A stretch of 64,000 nucleotides of DNA from a phage, in sequence record PZ496581.1. One strand, written 5' to 3'. Positions 45,858 through 57,886 of this stretch are shown here, one piece after another. Below the pieces are notes generated by a model. It saw only the letters and a list, made by a program, of their open reading frames with translations, made no database searches and was not told the origin of the DNA. The stretch's first letter is position 1; each line of letters opens with the position of its first letter. Both the position numbers and the translations under genes were made by a program.

Positions 45858-47590
45858 TGGAAATGATTAGCAGTAGCCTTAATTGGTTCGTGGGTGTTGT
45901 CGAGGACAGAATGGACCCATTAAAACAAGGGCGAGTTCGAGTTCGAGTCGTTGGTCTTCATCCAGCGCAGAGAGCACAAGGTGACGTACAAGGTATTCCT
46001 ACAGAAAAACTTCCATGGATGACTGTTATTCAACCTATTACGTCTGCATCAATGTCAGGTATTGGCGGTTCTGTTACAGGTCCTGTTGAAGGAACTCGAG
46101 TATATGGTCATTTCTTAGACAAATGGAAAACAAACGGGATTGTACTTGGTACATACGGCGGAATAGTACGTGAAAAGCCTAATAGACTTGAAGGTTTTTC
46201 AGACCCGACAGGCCAGTATCCGCGACGTTTAGGTAATGATACGAACGTATTAAACCAAGGTGGTGAAGCTGGTTATTATTCGAACTCTAACGTAATTCAA
46301 GATAACAACTTGGATTATGGTATAAACCCAGATGATACAGATTTAGCAAATATTCCAGAAGATGATGACCCTAATTTTACAATAACAGAAATGTTACGTC
46401 GTGACGAAGGTCTTCGTGATAAAGTGTATTGGGACCATCTCGGATATCCTACAGTAGGTATTGGACACCTTATCGTAATGGAAAAAACCCGAGATATGTC
46501 TCGAATTAATAAATTGTTATCTGATCAAGTAGGGCGTGAAGTAACAGGAAATCCGGGAACTATTACATTAGAAGAAGCAACAGCGTTATTTGAGAAGGAC
46601 CTTGCTAAGATGCAGAAAGACATTCGTTCTAATTCTAAAGTAGGTCCTGTTTATGCTAAAATGAACAGGTCTCGCCAAATGGCATTAGAAAACATGTGCT
46701 TCCAGATGGGCGTTGGCGGTGTAGCAAAATTCAATACTATGCTTAAAGCAATGGCCGAAGGTGATTGGAAAACTGCATACAAATCTGGGCGCGATTCATT
46801 ATGGTTTCAACAGACTAAAGGACGCGCTTCACGTGTAACAACAATTATTTTAACCGGTAACATGGAATCATATGGTGTTCCTGTTAAAACACCACCTTCA
46901 CCAGGAGTTGGTGCTGATTTAGTTACTAGAAATACCGATCCAGAAGACCCAGCTGGTCCTCCTGTTCCATTAGATTCACGCATCCTTTTTAAAGAACCAG
47001 AATCAAGTTATCGTGGTGAGTACCCATATGTTCATGCTATGGAAACAGAAAGTGGACATATCCAAGAATTTGACGATACTCCAGGTAATGAACGTTATCG
47101 CTTAGTTCATCCAACAGGGTCATATGAGGAAGTTTCTCCGTCTGGGCGTCGTACTCGTAAAACTGTAGAAGACCTTTTTGACATCACTAATGGTGATGGG
47201 AACTTCTTGATTTCTGGCGATAAACTTGTTAACGTTGGTGCTAATGAAATATATTATAACATGGCAGACCGCCTCCATCAAATAGACGGCAATGACACAA
47301 TCTTTATTCGTGGTAACCAATCTAAAACTGTTGAAGGCGATGGAACTCTATACGTTAAGGGTAATATCAAAATAGTTGTTGACGGAAATGCAGATATTCT
47401 TGTTAAAGGTGATGCCAAAACTCAGGTCGAAGGGAATCATGATTACACCGTCAACGGAAACGTTAAATGGACTGTTAATGGTAATGTTGATATGACTGTT
47501 GCCGGTGATTGGGCAGAAACAATGTCTACAATGAGCTCAGTAGCTTCAGGACAATACACCGTTGACGGATCTCGTATTGATATTGGGTAA
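45857..47590 (+). CDS. 5: baseplate hub / tail lysozyme gp5
   Basis: 577 aa; N-terminal OB domain, lysozyme domain (EMLRRDEGLRDKVYWD...GIGH), C-terminal VxGxxxV beta-helix repeats. Confidence 0.97.
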   Translation: MEMISSSLNWFVGVVEDRMDPLKQGRVRVRVVGLHPAQRAQGDVQGIPTEKLPWMTVIQPITSASMSGIGGSVTGPVEGTRVYGHFLDKWKTNGIVLGTYGGIVREKPNRLEGFSDPTGQYPRRLGNDTNVLNQGGEAGYYSNSNVIQDNNLDYGINPDDTDLANIPEDDDPNFTITEMLRRDEGLRDKVYWDHLGYPTVGIGHLIVMEKTRDMSRINKLLSDQVGREVTGNPGTITLEEATALFEKDLAKMQKDIRSNSKVGPVYAKMNRSRQMALENMCFQMGVGGVAKFNTMLKAMAEGDWKTAYKSGRDSLWFQQTKGRASRVTTIILTGNMESYGVPVKTPPSPGVGADLVTRNTDPEDPAGPPVPLDSRILFKEPESSYRGEYPYVHAMETESGHIQEFDDTPGNERYRLVHPTGSYEEVSPSGRRTRKTVEDLFDITNGDGNFLISGDKLVNVGANEIYYNMADRLHQIDGNDTIFIRGNQSKTVEGDGTLYVKGNIKIVVDGNADILVKGDAKTQVEGNHDYTVNGNVKWTVNGNVDMTVAGDWAETMSTMSSVASGQYTVDGSRIDIG

Positions 47591-47594
47591 TATA

Positions 47595-48110
47595 ATGGCA
47601 CAAATACTTCCTTTAAATACCGACTTAGGAGAAGACATGGAAGGGGCGTCTATTGACGTCCTTTTTACTCCACAGTTAGAAACAACCGAAACTTTAGTGT
47701 CAATAAATATAACAGATTATGAACCGACACAAGGCATTACGGTAGATGGTAATCGTTTATATGGAACATATGAAAGTGTGTTTAGCTTTTCTTCGGACGC
47801 ATTGAAATACCGATTAAATGATGATTTTGAAACCGCATCTTCATGGGATGATTTACCAAAAGATGAGTCCACACAGTTATATTTGTGGAGAGCTCCTCAG
47901 AATCTTCGTAAAGTGTTTAGTTATACGGTTGAAATGATTTATAACTACCAAGAAGAAAGTTCATCAGGCGGTTCTAGAAGTGACTCTGGTACAGAACCTC
48001 CACCGGCTCCAGTACAAAAAACTCTTACTAAGGTTTATACAAAAACTATAGTAGGAAATTGGAGCAAATGGGCTCATCAATTACGAAACTATGTTTATGT
48101 GAGGCCGTGA
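47595..48110 (+). CDS. 5.1: gp5.1-like protein
   Basis: ORF 47562-48110; ATG at 47595 (MAQILPLNT) follows the gp5 stop. Confidence 0.7.
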   Translation: MAQILPLNTDLGEDMEGASIDVLFTPQLETTETLVSINITDYEPTQGITVDGNRLYGTYESVFSFSSDALKYRLNDDFETASSWDDLPKDESTQLYLWRAPQNLRKVFSYTVEMIYNYQEESSSGGSRSDSGTEPPPAPVQKTLTKVYTKTIVGNWSKWAHQLRNYVYVRP

Positions 48111-48112
48111 AA

Positions 48113-48406
48113 ATGTCTGGCTTAAGTTACGACAAGTGCGTTACAACAGGTCATGAAGCATGGCCTCCTACTGTAATAAATGCTTCCCAATCTAAAGTGT
48201 TCACTGGCGGTATTCCTGTTCTTGTGGCGGGAGACCAAATAACACCTCATACAGAAATTAAAAAACCATACGAGACTCATGGAGGTGTTACTGAACCTCG
48301 TACATCTAAAGTATACGTCACCGGTAAAAAGGCCGTTCAAATGGCTGACCCAATTTCATGCGGGGATACTGTTTCTCAGGCCTCGTCAAAAGTCTTTATA
48401 AAATAG
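48113..48406 (+). CDS. 5.4: PAAR-repeat spike tip protein gp5.4
   Basis: [41 protein letters not shown]... matches T4 gp5.4. Confidence 0.9.
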   Translation: MSGLSYDKCVTTGHEAWPPTVINASQSKVFTGGIPVLVAGDQITPHTEIKKPYETHGGVTEPRTSKVYVTGKKAVQMADPISCGDTVSQASSKVFIK

Positions 48407-48414
48407 GAATTAAA

Positions 48415-50388
48415 ATGGCAAACACTCCTGTAAATTATCAATTAACCCGAACAGCGAATGCTATTCCCGAGATTTTTATCGGGGGCACATTTGCCGAAAT
48501 CAAACAAAACATTATCGAATGGCTCAATGGACAGAATGAATTTCTTGATTATGATTTTGAAGGTTCACGCTTAAACGTATTATGCGACCTTTTAGCATAT
48601 AACACTCTTTACATCCAACAGTTTAGTAATAGCGCTGTGTATGAAAGTTTTATGCGTACTGCAAACTTGCGTAGTTCTGTTGTACAAGCGGCTCAAGATA
48701 ACGGATATCTGCCTTCATCTAAATCAGCAGCACAAACAGAAATTATGCTCACATGTACGGATGCATTAAATAGAAACTATATCACCATTCCACGTGGCAC
48801 TCGTTTCTTAGCATACGCTAAAGATACTTCTGTTAACCCGTATAACTTTGTTTCTACTGAAGATGTCATTGTAGTTAAAGACAAAAATAACCAATATTTT
48901 CCACGTCTTCGATTAGCTCAAGGACGTATTGTTCGCACTGAATTAACATTTGATAAATTAAAACCTATCATTATTCGTGATAAGAATATTGACCGTAATT
49001 TGGTTAAGTTGTATGTTGACGGAGCAGAATGGATTAACTGGACTCGTAAGTCGATGGTTCACGCTGGTTCTACGTCAACAATCTATTATATGCGTGAAAC
49101 AGTTGACGGGAACACCGAATTTTATTTTGGTGAAGGCGAAATCTCTATTAACACGTCAGAAGGTGCGTTAACGTCTAACTATATTGGTGGCCTTAAACCT
49201 GTTCAGGGTTCTAAAATCGTAATTGAGTATATTTCTACTAATGGCGCAGATGCTAACGGTGCTGTAGGATTTTCTTATGCTGATACATTAGCTAATATCA
49301 CTGTAATCGGTATTAACGAGAACCCTAGCAATAACCCAGACTTTGTTGGGGCCGATGGTGGTGGTGACCCTGAAGATATTGAACGTATCCGCGAATTAGG
49401 CACAATTAAACGCGAAACTCAACAACGTTGTGTAACCGCTTCCGACTATGACACATTCGTCTCTGAGCGGTTTGGTTCTATTATTCAAGCGGTTCAAACA
49501 TTCACAGATTCATCTAAACCAGGGTACGCATATATTGCTGCTAAGCCTAAATCTGGATTGTATTTGACTTCTGTTCAACGTGATGATATCAAAAACTATT
49601 TGAATGATTATAACTTAGGGACTATTACACCTGTTGTTATTTCACCTGATTATTTGTTTATCAAAATGAATATCAAAGTTACGTACGCGTTGAATAAACT
49701 CCAAGAATCAGAACAATATCTTGAAGGGCAAATTATTAATAAAATTGACCGATATTATATTGAAGATGTAGAAATTTTTAACTCATCGTTTGCAAAATCT
49801 AAAATGCTAACTTATGTCGATGATGCAGATATTTCTATTATTGGTTCTTCAGCTACTATTCAAATGGTTCGCGAAGTACAAAACTTCTATAAAACGCCTG
49901 AGGCCGGTATTAAATACAATAATCAGATTAAAGATAGATCGTTGGAATCTAATATATTCTCGTTTGATTCGCACAGACCTAATCCAGAAAATGCAAACGA
50001 AACTATTAAATATGGTGTTCGCATAGTATCTTCTGACCGTAATGACCGTGGCATAGGTCAAGTTATTATTGGTCCATTTGCCGACGGCGATGTTGTTGAA
50101 AACGAAAATATACAACCTTATACAGGTAATGATTTTAATAAACTTACTGTTACTGACGGACGAAACAAATACTATTCAATTGGTGAAGTGAATTATCCTG
50201 CCGATTCGATTTATTGGAACATTGCTAAAATTGACCTCACTTCAGACCGTTTTGAAGTTCAAACAATTGAACTTTATTCCGACCCTGCAGATGATATTAT
50301 TTTTACAAAGGATGGTTCTTTAATCGTATTCGAAAACGACTTACGTCCTCAGTACTTAACTATAGATTTGGAGCCTATTTCACAATGA
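48415..50388 (+). CDS. 6: baseplate wedge protein gp6
   Basis: MANTPVNYQLTRTANAIPEIF... at internal Met; T4 gp6-like throughout. Confidence 0.96.
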   Translation: MANTPVNYQLTRTANAIPEIFIGGTFAEIKQNIIEWLNGQNEFLDYDFEGSRLNVLCDLLAYNTLYIQQFSNSAVYESFMRTANLRSSVVQAAQDNGYLPSSKSAAQTEIMLTCTDALNRNYITIPRGTRFLAYAKDTSVNPYNFVSTEDVIVVKDKNNQYFPRLRLAQGRIVRTELTFDKLKPIIIRDKNIDRNLVKLYVDGAEWINWTRKSMVHAGSTSTIYYMRETVDGNTEFYFGEGEISINTSEGALTSNYIGGLKPVQGSKIVIEYISTNGADANGAVGFSYADTLANITVIGINENPSNNPDFVGADGGGDPEDIERIRELGTIKRETQQRCVTASDYDTFVSERFGSIIQAVQTFTDSSKPGYAYIAAKPKSGLYLTSVQRDDIKNYLNDYNLGTITPVVISPDYLFIKMNIKVTYALNKLQESEQYLEGQIINKIDRYYIEDVEIFNSSFAKSKMLTYVDDADISIIGSSATIQMVREVQNFYKTPEAGIKYNNQIKDRSLESNIFSFDSHRPNPENANETIKYGVRIVSSDRNDRGIGQVIIGPFADGDVVENENIQPYTGNDFNKLTVTDGRNKYYSIGEVNYPADSIYWNIAKIDLTSDRFEVQTIELYSDPADDIIFTKDGSLIVFENDLRPQYLTIDLEPISQ

Positions 50389-53300
50389 CAGTAAAAGCGC
50401 CAGCAGTCACAAGTCTCAGAATATCCAAGTTGTCCGCTAACCAAGTTCAAATACGCTGGGATGACGTTGGTGCTAATTTCTACTATTTTGTAGAAATCGC
50501 TGAGACTAAAACGGCAGACGGGGGAATAATTCCCCCTGCCAGCTACAGATGGATAAATTTAGGATATACTCCTAATAGCAACTGGTTCGAAAGTAGCTTA
50601 GACCCATTAACTTCTTATATTATTCGTGTATCAACTGCCGCCGAAGGCTTCGAGAGATCTGATTGGGTATATACCGAAATATTTGAATCATTTCAGACTA
50701 ACGCGTATACATTTCAACATATGATTGAAATGCAATTGGCTAACACTTTTATTAGAGAAAAATTTACAAATAACAACATGGCTTATGTCGATTTTAATAA
50801 CGACACTATAATGGCAGCTCTAATGAATGAATCGTTCCAATTTAGCCCTGCTTATGCAGATATTTCATCTATTAAAAATTTCATTATTGGCGAAAATGAG
50901 TATCATGAAATTCAAGGTTCGATTCAACAGGTGTGTCATGATATAAACCGTGTTTATTTGATGGAATCCGAAGGAATTCTTTATTTGTTTGAACGGTATC
51001 AGCCTGTGGTTAAAGTCTCTAATGATAAGGGACAAACCTGGAAATTGGTTAAATTGTTTAATGACCGTGTAGGGTACCCTGTATCAAGAACAGTGTATTA
51101 CCAGTCAGATTACACCACGTATGTTCTTGGGTATGATAAATTATTTTACGGCCGTAAATCAACTGACGTTCGTTGGTCTGCTGATGATGTGAGATTTAGT
51201 TCTCAAGATATAACATTTGCTAAAGTTGGTGACCAGTTAAATTTAGGATTTGATGTAGAAATATTTGGTAACTATGCATCATTACCTGCTAACGTATCAC
51301 GTATTGCAGAAGCTATCGTTTGCAATGACGATTATGTATACGTTGCTGCTCGAGATAAAGTTCGTTTTATTAAAACTAGTAATGCCCCTATTGATTCAGA
51401 CCCGTTATCTCCGACATATTCCGAACGTTTGTTTGAACAAGAAACATTTAACATCACAGGTAACCCTAAGGCAGTTTGCTATAAAATGGATTCTGTCGGT
51501 GGTAAAATATTTGCACTGATTATCGGTGAAGTTGTTAATCTTAATGACGACCCGAGGACCACTCCTATTGTTGATTCTGCTGATAAGGGTGTTTACGTTC
51601 TAGACCATGATGCTGGCACATTTAAACGTGTGTTTGGTAATACTGAAGAACGCCGTCGTATTGAACCTGGGTACACCAGTATGTCTACTGATGGTGTTGA
51701 GTTATCTATTTCATCCAGTAATTTTAAATTTTTAGAATCGGATATTGTTGATGACCCAAAAACACAAATCAAGTACGGTTTAATCGGTGCTGTTAAATAT
51801 GAGTATCCTCGCGAATGGTTGGCTGATAAACATTATCATATGATGGCATTTATTTCAACTGAAGACTCTCAATGGGAATCGTTCACTCCTCAACCGATGG
51901 AATACTATGCCGAGCCATTCTTTAGTTATTCTAGAAAGTCTGGTACCCGATGTTGGATTAATAACTCAGACAAGGCCGTTGTAATTTATTCTGATTTACT
52001 TTACACTAAGGTTATTGAGAATCATCCACTTAGTTCTTCAAACCGTGAAGTTCATGAATATTGGAAGGATGGTGACTGTACAATAGTGATGCCTAACGTA
52101 GATTTCACCGGATTTAAAAAATATGCATCCGGCATGATTTTCTATAAATCATCGGGTGAGATTATTTCTTATTATGATTTTAGTTATCGTGTTAGAGATA
52201 ATGTTTCTATAATTTGGAAGCCTACTAATATATTCTTAACAGCATCGTTACAAAACCAAGAAAAAGATACCACATGGACTCCTGTAGAAGAGAACGGTAT
52301 TGCAGACCCAGATTTACGACCATTGCTCACTACAATGATGCCAGAGTCTTATCTTTTAGACAATACAAACTTCGAAGCATTCTGCGAGGCTTATATTCAG
52401 TATCTTTCTGACGGTTATGGGACTCATTATAACAACCTTTTAAATCTTATTAAAAATCAATATCCGCGCGAAGAACATGCGTGGGAATACTTATGGTCTG
52501 AGATTTATAAACGAAACATTTACTTAAACGCCGAAAAACGCGATTTAGTGTCTCGTTTCTTTGAATCAAGAAGTTATGACTTCTATTCAACTAAAGGAAC
52601 TGAAGCATCATATAAATTCTTGTTTAAAGTGCTCTATAACGAAGATGTTGAAATTGAAATTGAATCTAGTTCCGGGACCGAATATGATATCATCATTGAA
52701 TCTGATTCGTTGACAGAAGATTTGGTCGGACAAACCATATACACTGCTACAGGACGTTGTAATGTGACGTATATCGAGAGAAGTTACTCTAAAGGTAAAT
52801 TACAATGGACTGTAACAATTCACAACCTCTTAGGACGTTTAATCCAAGGACAGGAAGTTAAAGCTGAAAGACTCCCTGGTTTTGAAGGTGAAATTGTTCG
52901 TGGTATTAAAGGTAAAGAGCTTTCTCAGAACAACATCGATTACATAAATCGTGGTAGAGCATACTACGTAATGAAGATTAAATCTAAACTTCCATCATCT
53001 CGTTGGAAATCAGACGTATTACGTTTTGTTCATCCGGTTGGATTTGGATTTATCGCAATTACCCTTCTCACAATGTTTATTAACACCGGATTAACACTTA
53101 AACATGTTGAAACCATTATTAATAAATACAAAAACTATAAGTGGGATTCTGGATTACCGACTAAATATGCAGACCGAGTGGCTAAATTAGACCCACAAGG
53201 AAATGTTGAGTTTAACCCTATTACAGGTGAAGCGATATATGAAATAGGCCCTATGGCTGGACAAGATTATCCATTGCCTGAAGATTATAACGCTGAAAAC

Positions 53301-53480
53301 AATAACTCCATATTTCAAGGTCAACTTCCATCGGAACGACGTAAACTGATGAGCCCATTATTTGATGCGTCCGGAACAACATTCTCTAGATTTAGAGATT
53401 TGGTTGAACAACGGTTAATCGATAATGTAGGAAATCCAAGAGACCCCGTGAATCCACCACAGGTTAAATTAGATGAATGA
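50385..53480 (+). CDS. 7: baseplate wedge protein gp7
   Basis: 1031-aa ORF, size and position as T4 gp7. Confidence 0.95.
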   Translation: MTVKAPAVTSLRISKLSANQVQIRWDDVGANFYYFVEIAETKTADGGIIPPASYRWINLGYTPNSNWFESSLDPLTSYIIRVSTAAEGFERSDWVYTEIFESFQTNAYTFQHMIEMQLANTFIREKFTNNNMAYVDFNNDTIMAALMNESFQFSPAYADISSIKNFIIGENEYHEIQGSIQQVCHDINRVYLMESEGILYLFERYQPVVKVSNDKGQTWKLVKLFNDRVGYPVSRTVYYQSDYTTYVLGYDKLFYGRKSTDVRWSADDVRFSSQDITFAKVGDQLNLGFDVEIFGNYASLPANVSRIAEAIVCNDDYVYVAARDKVRFIKTSNAPIDSDPLSPTYSERLFEQETFNITGNPKAVCYKMDSVGGKIFALIIGEVVNLNDDPRTTPIVDSADKGVYVLDHDAGTFKRVFGNTEERRRIEPGYTSMSTDGVELSISSSNFKFLESDIVDDPKTQIKYGLIGAVKYEYPREWLADKHYHMMAFISTEDSQWESFTPQPMEYYAEPFFSYSRKSGTRCWINNSDKAVVIYSDLLYTKVIENHPLSSSNREVHEYWKDGDCTIVMPNVDFTGFKKYASGMIFYKSSGEIISYYDFSYRVRDNVSIIWKPTNIFLTASLQNQEKDTTWTPVEENGIADPDLRPLLTTMMPESYLLDNTNFEAFCEAYIQYLSDGYGTHYNNLLNLIKNQYPREEHAWEYLWSEIYKRNIYLNAEKRDLVSRFFESRSYDFYSTKGTEASYKFLFKVLYNEDVEIEIESSSGTEYDIIIESDSLTEDLVGQTIYTATGRCNVTYIERSYSKGKLQWTVTIHNLLGRLIQGQEVKAERLPGFEGEIVRGIKGKELSQNNIDYINRGRAYYVMKIKSKLPSSRWKSDVLRFVHPVGFGFIAITLLTMFINTGLTLKHVETIINKYKNYKWDSGLPTKYADRVAKLDPQGNVEFNPITGEAIYEIGPMAGQDYPLPEDYNAENNNSIFQGQLPSERRKLMSPLFDASGTTFSRFRDLVEQRLIDNVGNPRDPVNPPQVKLDE

Positions 53481-54477
53481 TTCAAGTGTTATCTATCGTG
53501 CAATAGTTACATCAAAATTTAGAACAGAGAAAATGCTGAATTTTTACAATTCAGTTGGGGATGGAGACGATAAGAACTCCATTTATATTACATTTGGGCG
53601 TTCAGAGCCTTGGGCGTCAAATGAAAATGAGGTGGGCTTCGCCCCACCTTATCCTACAGATTCTGTTCTTGGTGTTACTGATATGTGGACCCATATGATG
53701 GGCACCGTTAAAGTTTTACCTTCAATGTTAGATTCTGTTATTCCTAGACGTGATTGGGGAGATGTGCGATATCCAGACCCTTACACGTTTAGAATTAACG
53801 ATATAGTCGCATGTAATACTGCTCCGTACAACGCGACAGAAGTTGGAGCCGGTTGGTTAATTTACCGTTGTTTAGATGTCCCTGACGTAGGGCTCTGTTC
53901 AATAGAATCTTTAGATAATAAAGATGAATGTCTTAAATTAGGTGGTAAATGGACTCCGTCTGTTCGTTCTATGTCTCCTCCTGAAGGCAGAGGCGATGCT
54001 AATGGGGTTATCGAAACCGGTGATGGATATATTTGGGAATATCTTTATGAGATTCCTGCCGATGTGTCAATTAACCGTTGCACTAATGAATATCTTGTAG
54101 TTCCATGGCCGGAAGAAATTAAAGAAGACCCCACCCGTTGGGGATATGAAAATAACTTAACTTGGCAACAAGATGACTACGGCTTGATTTACCGTGTTAA
54201 AGCCAATACGATGCGGTTTAAAGCATATTTTGATTCTGTTTATTTCCCTGAGGCAGCTTTGCCTGGTAACAAGGGTTTTAGACAGATATCAATTATCGCA
54301 AACCCGTTAGAAGCTAAGAAAAATCCAAATGACCCTAATGTTAAAGCAGAAAAGGATTATTACGACCCTAGAGACCTGCAGCGTCATTCTGGTGAAATGA
54401 TTTATATGGAAAACCGACCACCTGTTATTATGGCAATGGACCAAACAGAAGAAATTAACATTTTGTTTATGTTTTAA
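53473..54477 (+). CDS. 8: baseplate wedge protein gp8
   Basis: 334-aa ORF, same length as T4 gp8. Confidence 0.95.
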   Translation: MNDSSVIYRAIVTSKFRTEKMLNFYNSVGDGDDKNSIYITFGRSEPWASNENEVGFAPPYPTDSVLGVTDMWTHMMGTVKVLPSMLDSVIPRRDWGDVRYPDPYTFRINDIVACNTAPYNATEVGAGWLIYRCLDVPDVGLCSIESLDNKDECLKLGGKWTPSVRSMSPPEGRGDANGVIETGDGYIWEYLYEIPADVSINRCTNEYLVVPWPEEIKEDPTRWGYENNLTWQQDDYGLIYRVKANTMRFKAYFDSVYFPEAALPGNKGFRQISIIANPLEAKKNPNDPNVKAEKDYYDPRDLQRHSGEMIYMENRPPVIMAMDQTEEINILFMF

Positions 54478-54480
54478 TTA

Positions 54481-54505
54481 GGGAGCCTTCGGGCTCCCAT
54501 TTTTG
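54481..54505 (+). terminator. intrinsic terminator after gene 8
   Basis: GGGAGCC-UUCG-GGCUCCC hairpin followed by U5. Confidence 0.65.
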
Positions 54506-54509
54506 TATC

Positions 54510-54517
54510 TATAAATA
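54510..54517 (+). promoter_or_regulatory. late promoter (TATAAATA) for gene 9
   Basis: exact TATAAATA ~33 nt upstream of the gene 9 ATG. Confidence 0.6.
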
Positions 54518-54549
54518 GAATATAATATCGGACAACAAAAGGCAGAATT

Positions 54550-55422
54550 ATGGCATTTTTTAAGCAAACTCCTAAACAATTAATCGATACCGGCGAAATT
54601 GGTAATGCCTCAACAGGTGATATCTTATTCGACGGTGGTAATAAAATAAATGACGATATCAACGCTATTTACAATGCATTTGGCGATCAACGTAAAATGG
54701 CCGTAGCAGATGGAACCGGACCTACAGGTCAAACTATTCATGCCACAGGTTATTATCAAAAAGGAAAGGCGGTCGATTATCAAACTCCTATTAAACCAGG
54801 CACTATGCATGATATTGATGCTTCTGATGGCGGTGTGATTGTTATTATTGACCGTCCTGAATTAGGTGACTCTGTAGAATTCATAAACTCTAATGGGTCT
54901 ATTTCTGTTAACAATCCTTTAAGTATCCAACTAACCGATGGTTCAATTAAAGGTGTTCTTAATAATCTTGTTATTTCCATCCCTTATACCCATGTTGTTC
55001 TTCGTTGTGTTGAACTTAATGGGACAACTTCAGTATGGAATTATTCTACTGATAGCATGTTTGGGCAGAAAGAATCTCCTGTCGATGGTACTTGGAGTCT
55101 TACAGGAAACACAGTTTCTATTCCTCTGTTTTATCGCACAGATTATAACACGGCTAAATTGCTTGTTACATGCCAATCCGCTGACGGTAGAAAAATAAAA
55201 ACATGCGAAATAAATATTCTAATAGATACAATTAACTCAGAAGTTCTTTCTACCGAATTTGCAGTAATGCGAGTTGGTAATGTAGATGAAACCGACGAGA
55301 TTGCTAATATTAGCTTTAGTATTATTAACAACTTTGCTACTATGACGATTACATCCGATATTATTGGATTACGTTCAGCAGTTAAAATTATCTCAACTCA
55401 GAAAATTGGGGTCGCTCAATAA
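54550..55422 (+). CDS. 9: baseplate wedge / long-tail-fibre socket protein gp9
   Basis: 290-aa ORF, T4 gp9-like. Confidence 0.94.
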   Translation: MAFFKQTPKQLIDTGEIGNASTGDILFDGGNKINDDINAIYNAFGDQRKMAVADGTGPTGQTIHATGYYQKGKAVDYQTPIKPGTMHDIDASDGGVIVIIDRPELGDSVEFINSNGSISVNNPLSIQLTDGSIKGVLNNLVISIPYTHVVLRCVELNGTTSVWNYSTDSMFGQKESPVDGTWSLTGNTVSIPLFYRTDYNTAKLLVTCQSADGRKIKTCEINILIDTINSEVLSTEFAVMRVGNVDETDEIANISFSIINNFATMTITSDIIGLRSAVKIISTQKIGVAQ

Positions 55423-57227
55423 TGAAACAAAATATTAAAATTGGTAACGTCGTTGATGACGGACAAGGCGATTACCTTCGTCGAGGTGGTGAAAAAATAA
55501 ATGAGAACTTTGACGAAATCTATTATGAATTAGGTGATGGTGAAGTTCCTTATGCCGCTGGCGCATGGAAGACTTATGATGCGGCTGATGGTCTTAATCT
55601 TAAGGCTGCTTGGGGTAAATCTTATGCAATTAATACTACTTCTGGGCGAGTTTCGGTAAATCTTCCTAAAGGGACAATTGCAGACTATAATAAAGTTATT
55701 CGTGCTCGTGACGTATTTGCAACTTGGAACATTAACCCTGTTACTTTAATTCCGGCAAACGGAGACACGATTAAAGGTTCTTCATCTCCGGTAGAAATTA
55801 ACGTTCAGTTCTCTGATTTAGAATTAGTTTATTGTGCTCCTGGACGTTGGGAATACATCAAGAACAAACAAATTGACAAAATAGTTAGCTCTGACATTAG
55901 TAATGTTGCTCGTAGAGAATATCTGGTTGAAACCCAAGGTCAGACTGATTTCATGGATGTTTTTAACGGGACCTCTTATAACGTTAACAACATTCGCGTA
56001 AAACATCGTGGCAACGAATTGTATTATGGTGATGTATTCAGTGATAATAGTGATTTTGGTTCTCCAGGCGCTAATCCTGGTGAACTGGTTGCACTTGATG
56101 GATTTAATATTAGATTACGCCAACCATGTAATGTTGGAGACACTGTACAAATTGAGACATTCTTAGATGGTGTTTCTCAGTGGCGTAGTTCATATACTCG
56201 TCGCCAAGTTCGCATTTTAGATAGTAAATTGACTGCTAAAAAGTCTATTGACGGAAGTATTTACGTCACTGATTTGAGTACATTCAGGTCTATTCCATTT
56301 ACAGCATTTGGTATTAATCCTACGGAACCACCTAACCCGAATTCTTTAGAAGTTCGCTTCAATGGTATTCTCCAAGAATTAGCTGGTACTGTTGGAACTC
56401 CTATTTTCCGTTGTGAAGGCGTGGATGCTGATTCTGAAGAGTCATGCGCTAATCTCGGTGGGACATGGACTCAATCGTATACAGATTACGCGATTGAATA
56501 TACTGATAATATCCCTAGCGCAATTCTGTTTGACCGTCAATTTGAAGACCAAGACATTATTACCATCACATGGTTTAATAACGATTTAGGAACTCTTCTT
56601 GAAATGGAAGAAATCCTTGATGTCGCTGACGAGAAATATGTTTCTCAAGGGTCTAACATTGAAATTACTGGTGACGTTGCATTAACCGATTTCGATAAAA
56701 TTGGATGGCCTAATGTAGAACCTGTTCCTAAGTATGAACGTGAATTCTCGACTATCTCAGCAATATTTGATACAATTTATCCTGTCGGGACTATTTACGA
56801 AAATGCGGTTAACCCTAATAATCCGGCCACTTATTTAGGTTTTGGTTCGTGGAAAATTTGGGGACAAGGCAAAGTATTAGCAGGTTGGAATGACGACGCG
56901 TCGGATCCTAATTTTGCATTAAATAATAATGACCTTGACGTCAATGGTAACCCTACTCATACCGCAGGTGGTACCGTTGGTGTAACAACCATCACATTAG
57001 AAAATGCTGATTTACCAGCTACACAAACCGATGAAAAGATTCTTATTTCTGATGATAATGGTACAGTAATTATAGGCGGTTGCCAATATGACCCGGATGC
57101 AGAAGGTCCTATTTACACTAAATATCGTGAAGACCATGCAAAGACTAATGGATCTCATGTTCCAGCGCGTTCTATAACTAATATTCAGCCATCTATAACT
57201 GTATACCGTTGGGTAAGGATTGCATAA
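55422..57227 (+). CDS. 10: baseplate wedge / short-tail-fibre attachment protein gp10
   Basis: 601-aa ORF, T4 gp10-like. Confidence 0.95.
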   Translation: MKQNIKIGNVVDDGQGDYLRRGGEKINENFDEIYYELGDGEVPYAAGAWKTYDAADGLNLKAAWGKSYAINTTSGRVSVNLPKGTIADYNKVIRARDVFATWNINPVTLIPANGDTIKGSSSPVEINVQFSDLELVYCAPGRWEYIKNKQIDKIVSSDISNVARREYLVETQGQTDFMDVFNGTSYNVNNIRVKHRGNELYYGDVFSDNSDFGSPGANPGELVALDGFNIRLRQPCNVGDTVQIETFLDGVSQWRSSYTRRQVRILDSKLTAKKSIDGSIYVTDLSTFRSIPFTAFGINPTEPPNPNSLEVRFNGILQELAGTVGTPIFRCEGVDADSEESCANLGGTWTQSYTDYAIEYTDNIPSAILFDRQFEDQDIITITWFNNDLGTLLEMEEILDVADEKYVSQGSNIEITGDVALTDFDKIGWPNVEPVPKYEREFSTISAIFDTIYPVGTIYENAVNPNNPATYLGFGSWKIWGQGKVLAGWNDDASDPNFALNNNDLDVNGNPTHTAGGTVGVTTITLENADLPATQTDEKILISDDNGTVIIGGCQYDPDAEGPIYTKYREDHAKTNGSHVPARSITNIQPSITVYRWVRIA

Positions 57228-57886
57228 TGACTGTACTTAATACAAAGGCGGGAGTTATTTCCCGTCATGCTGATTTTTTGAATTACAGAAAAAATCCAGC
57301 TCAAATTGATGTTTTAAACAACCAAGCTGTAGGTTCCGTGACTATTTCTCAGTTAGCTCGCGGTTTTTATGATGCTAACGTAGAATCTGCAATAAATGAT
57401 GTCCATAATATGGCACGAGCTGATATTGGTACTGTTGTCACAAACACTTCAGGCGTATCGCCTGAAGGTACAGCACAAGTTGATTATTGGACTTTTTCTG
57501 GTGATGTTCTCGACGATACTTTGGCCCCTGGAACGCCAGTCGTTATTAACGTATTTGGACTTGCTGTTAAAGCAACAATTGGTATGACTGATAACGAATT
57601 AACTGCGCAAGTTCGTATAGCTTTACAAGAAGCCATTGCTAATCAAATCGCTATTTCTTCTTATAAAGACCATCCGTCTGAAGGTAATAAACTTCAGGTG
57701 ACATATTTAGATAACCAACGTCATGTGTTGCCAACATATGCTTCGTTTGGTGTAACAATTTCGCAAGAAATTTTGTCTGAAGCAAAATCCGGATACGGAA
57801 CATGGAATTTATTGGGTGCCCAAACGGTTACTCTTGATAACCATAGTACTCCTACCGTTTTCTACCACTTTGTGAGAGCCTCATGA
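57227..57886 (+). CDS. 11: baseplate wedge protein gp11
   Basis: ATG overlaps the gp10 stop (TAATG); [18 protein letters not shown]... matches T4 gp11. Confidence 0.94.
   Translation: MTVLNTKAGVISRHADFLNYRKNPAQIDVLNNQAVGSVTISQLARGFYDANVESAINDVHNMARADIGTVVTNTSGVSPEGTAQVDYWTFSGDVLDDTLAPGTPVVINVFGLAVKATIGMTDNELTAQVRIALQEAIANQIAISSYKDHPSEGNKLQVTYLDNQRHVLPTYASFGVTISQEILSEAKSGYGTWNLLGAQTVTLDNHSTPTVFYHFVRAS

Noticed and set aside
57209-57226. ORF-track N-terminal extension of gp11 (MGKDCI...), and similar extensions of regA, 45, nrdC, denV, e, 4, 5.1, 5.4, 6 and 15
   Set aside because: The ORF track accepts TTG/GTG or upstream ATGs; conserved N-termini and SD positions place the true starts at internal methionines.
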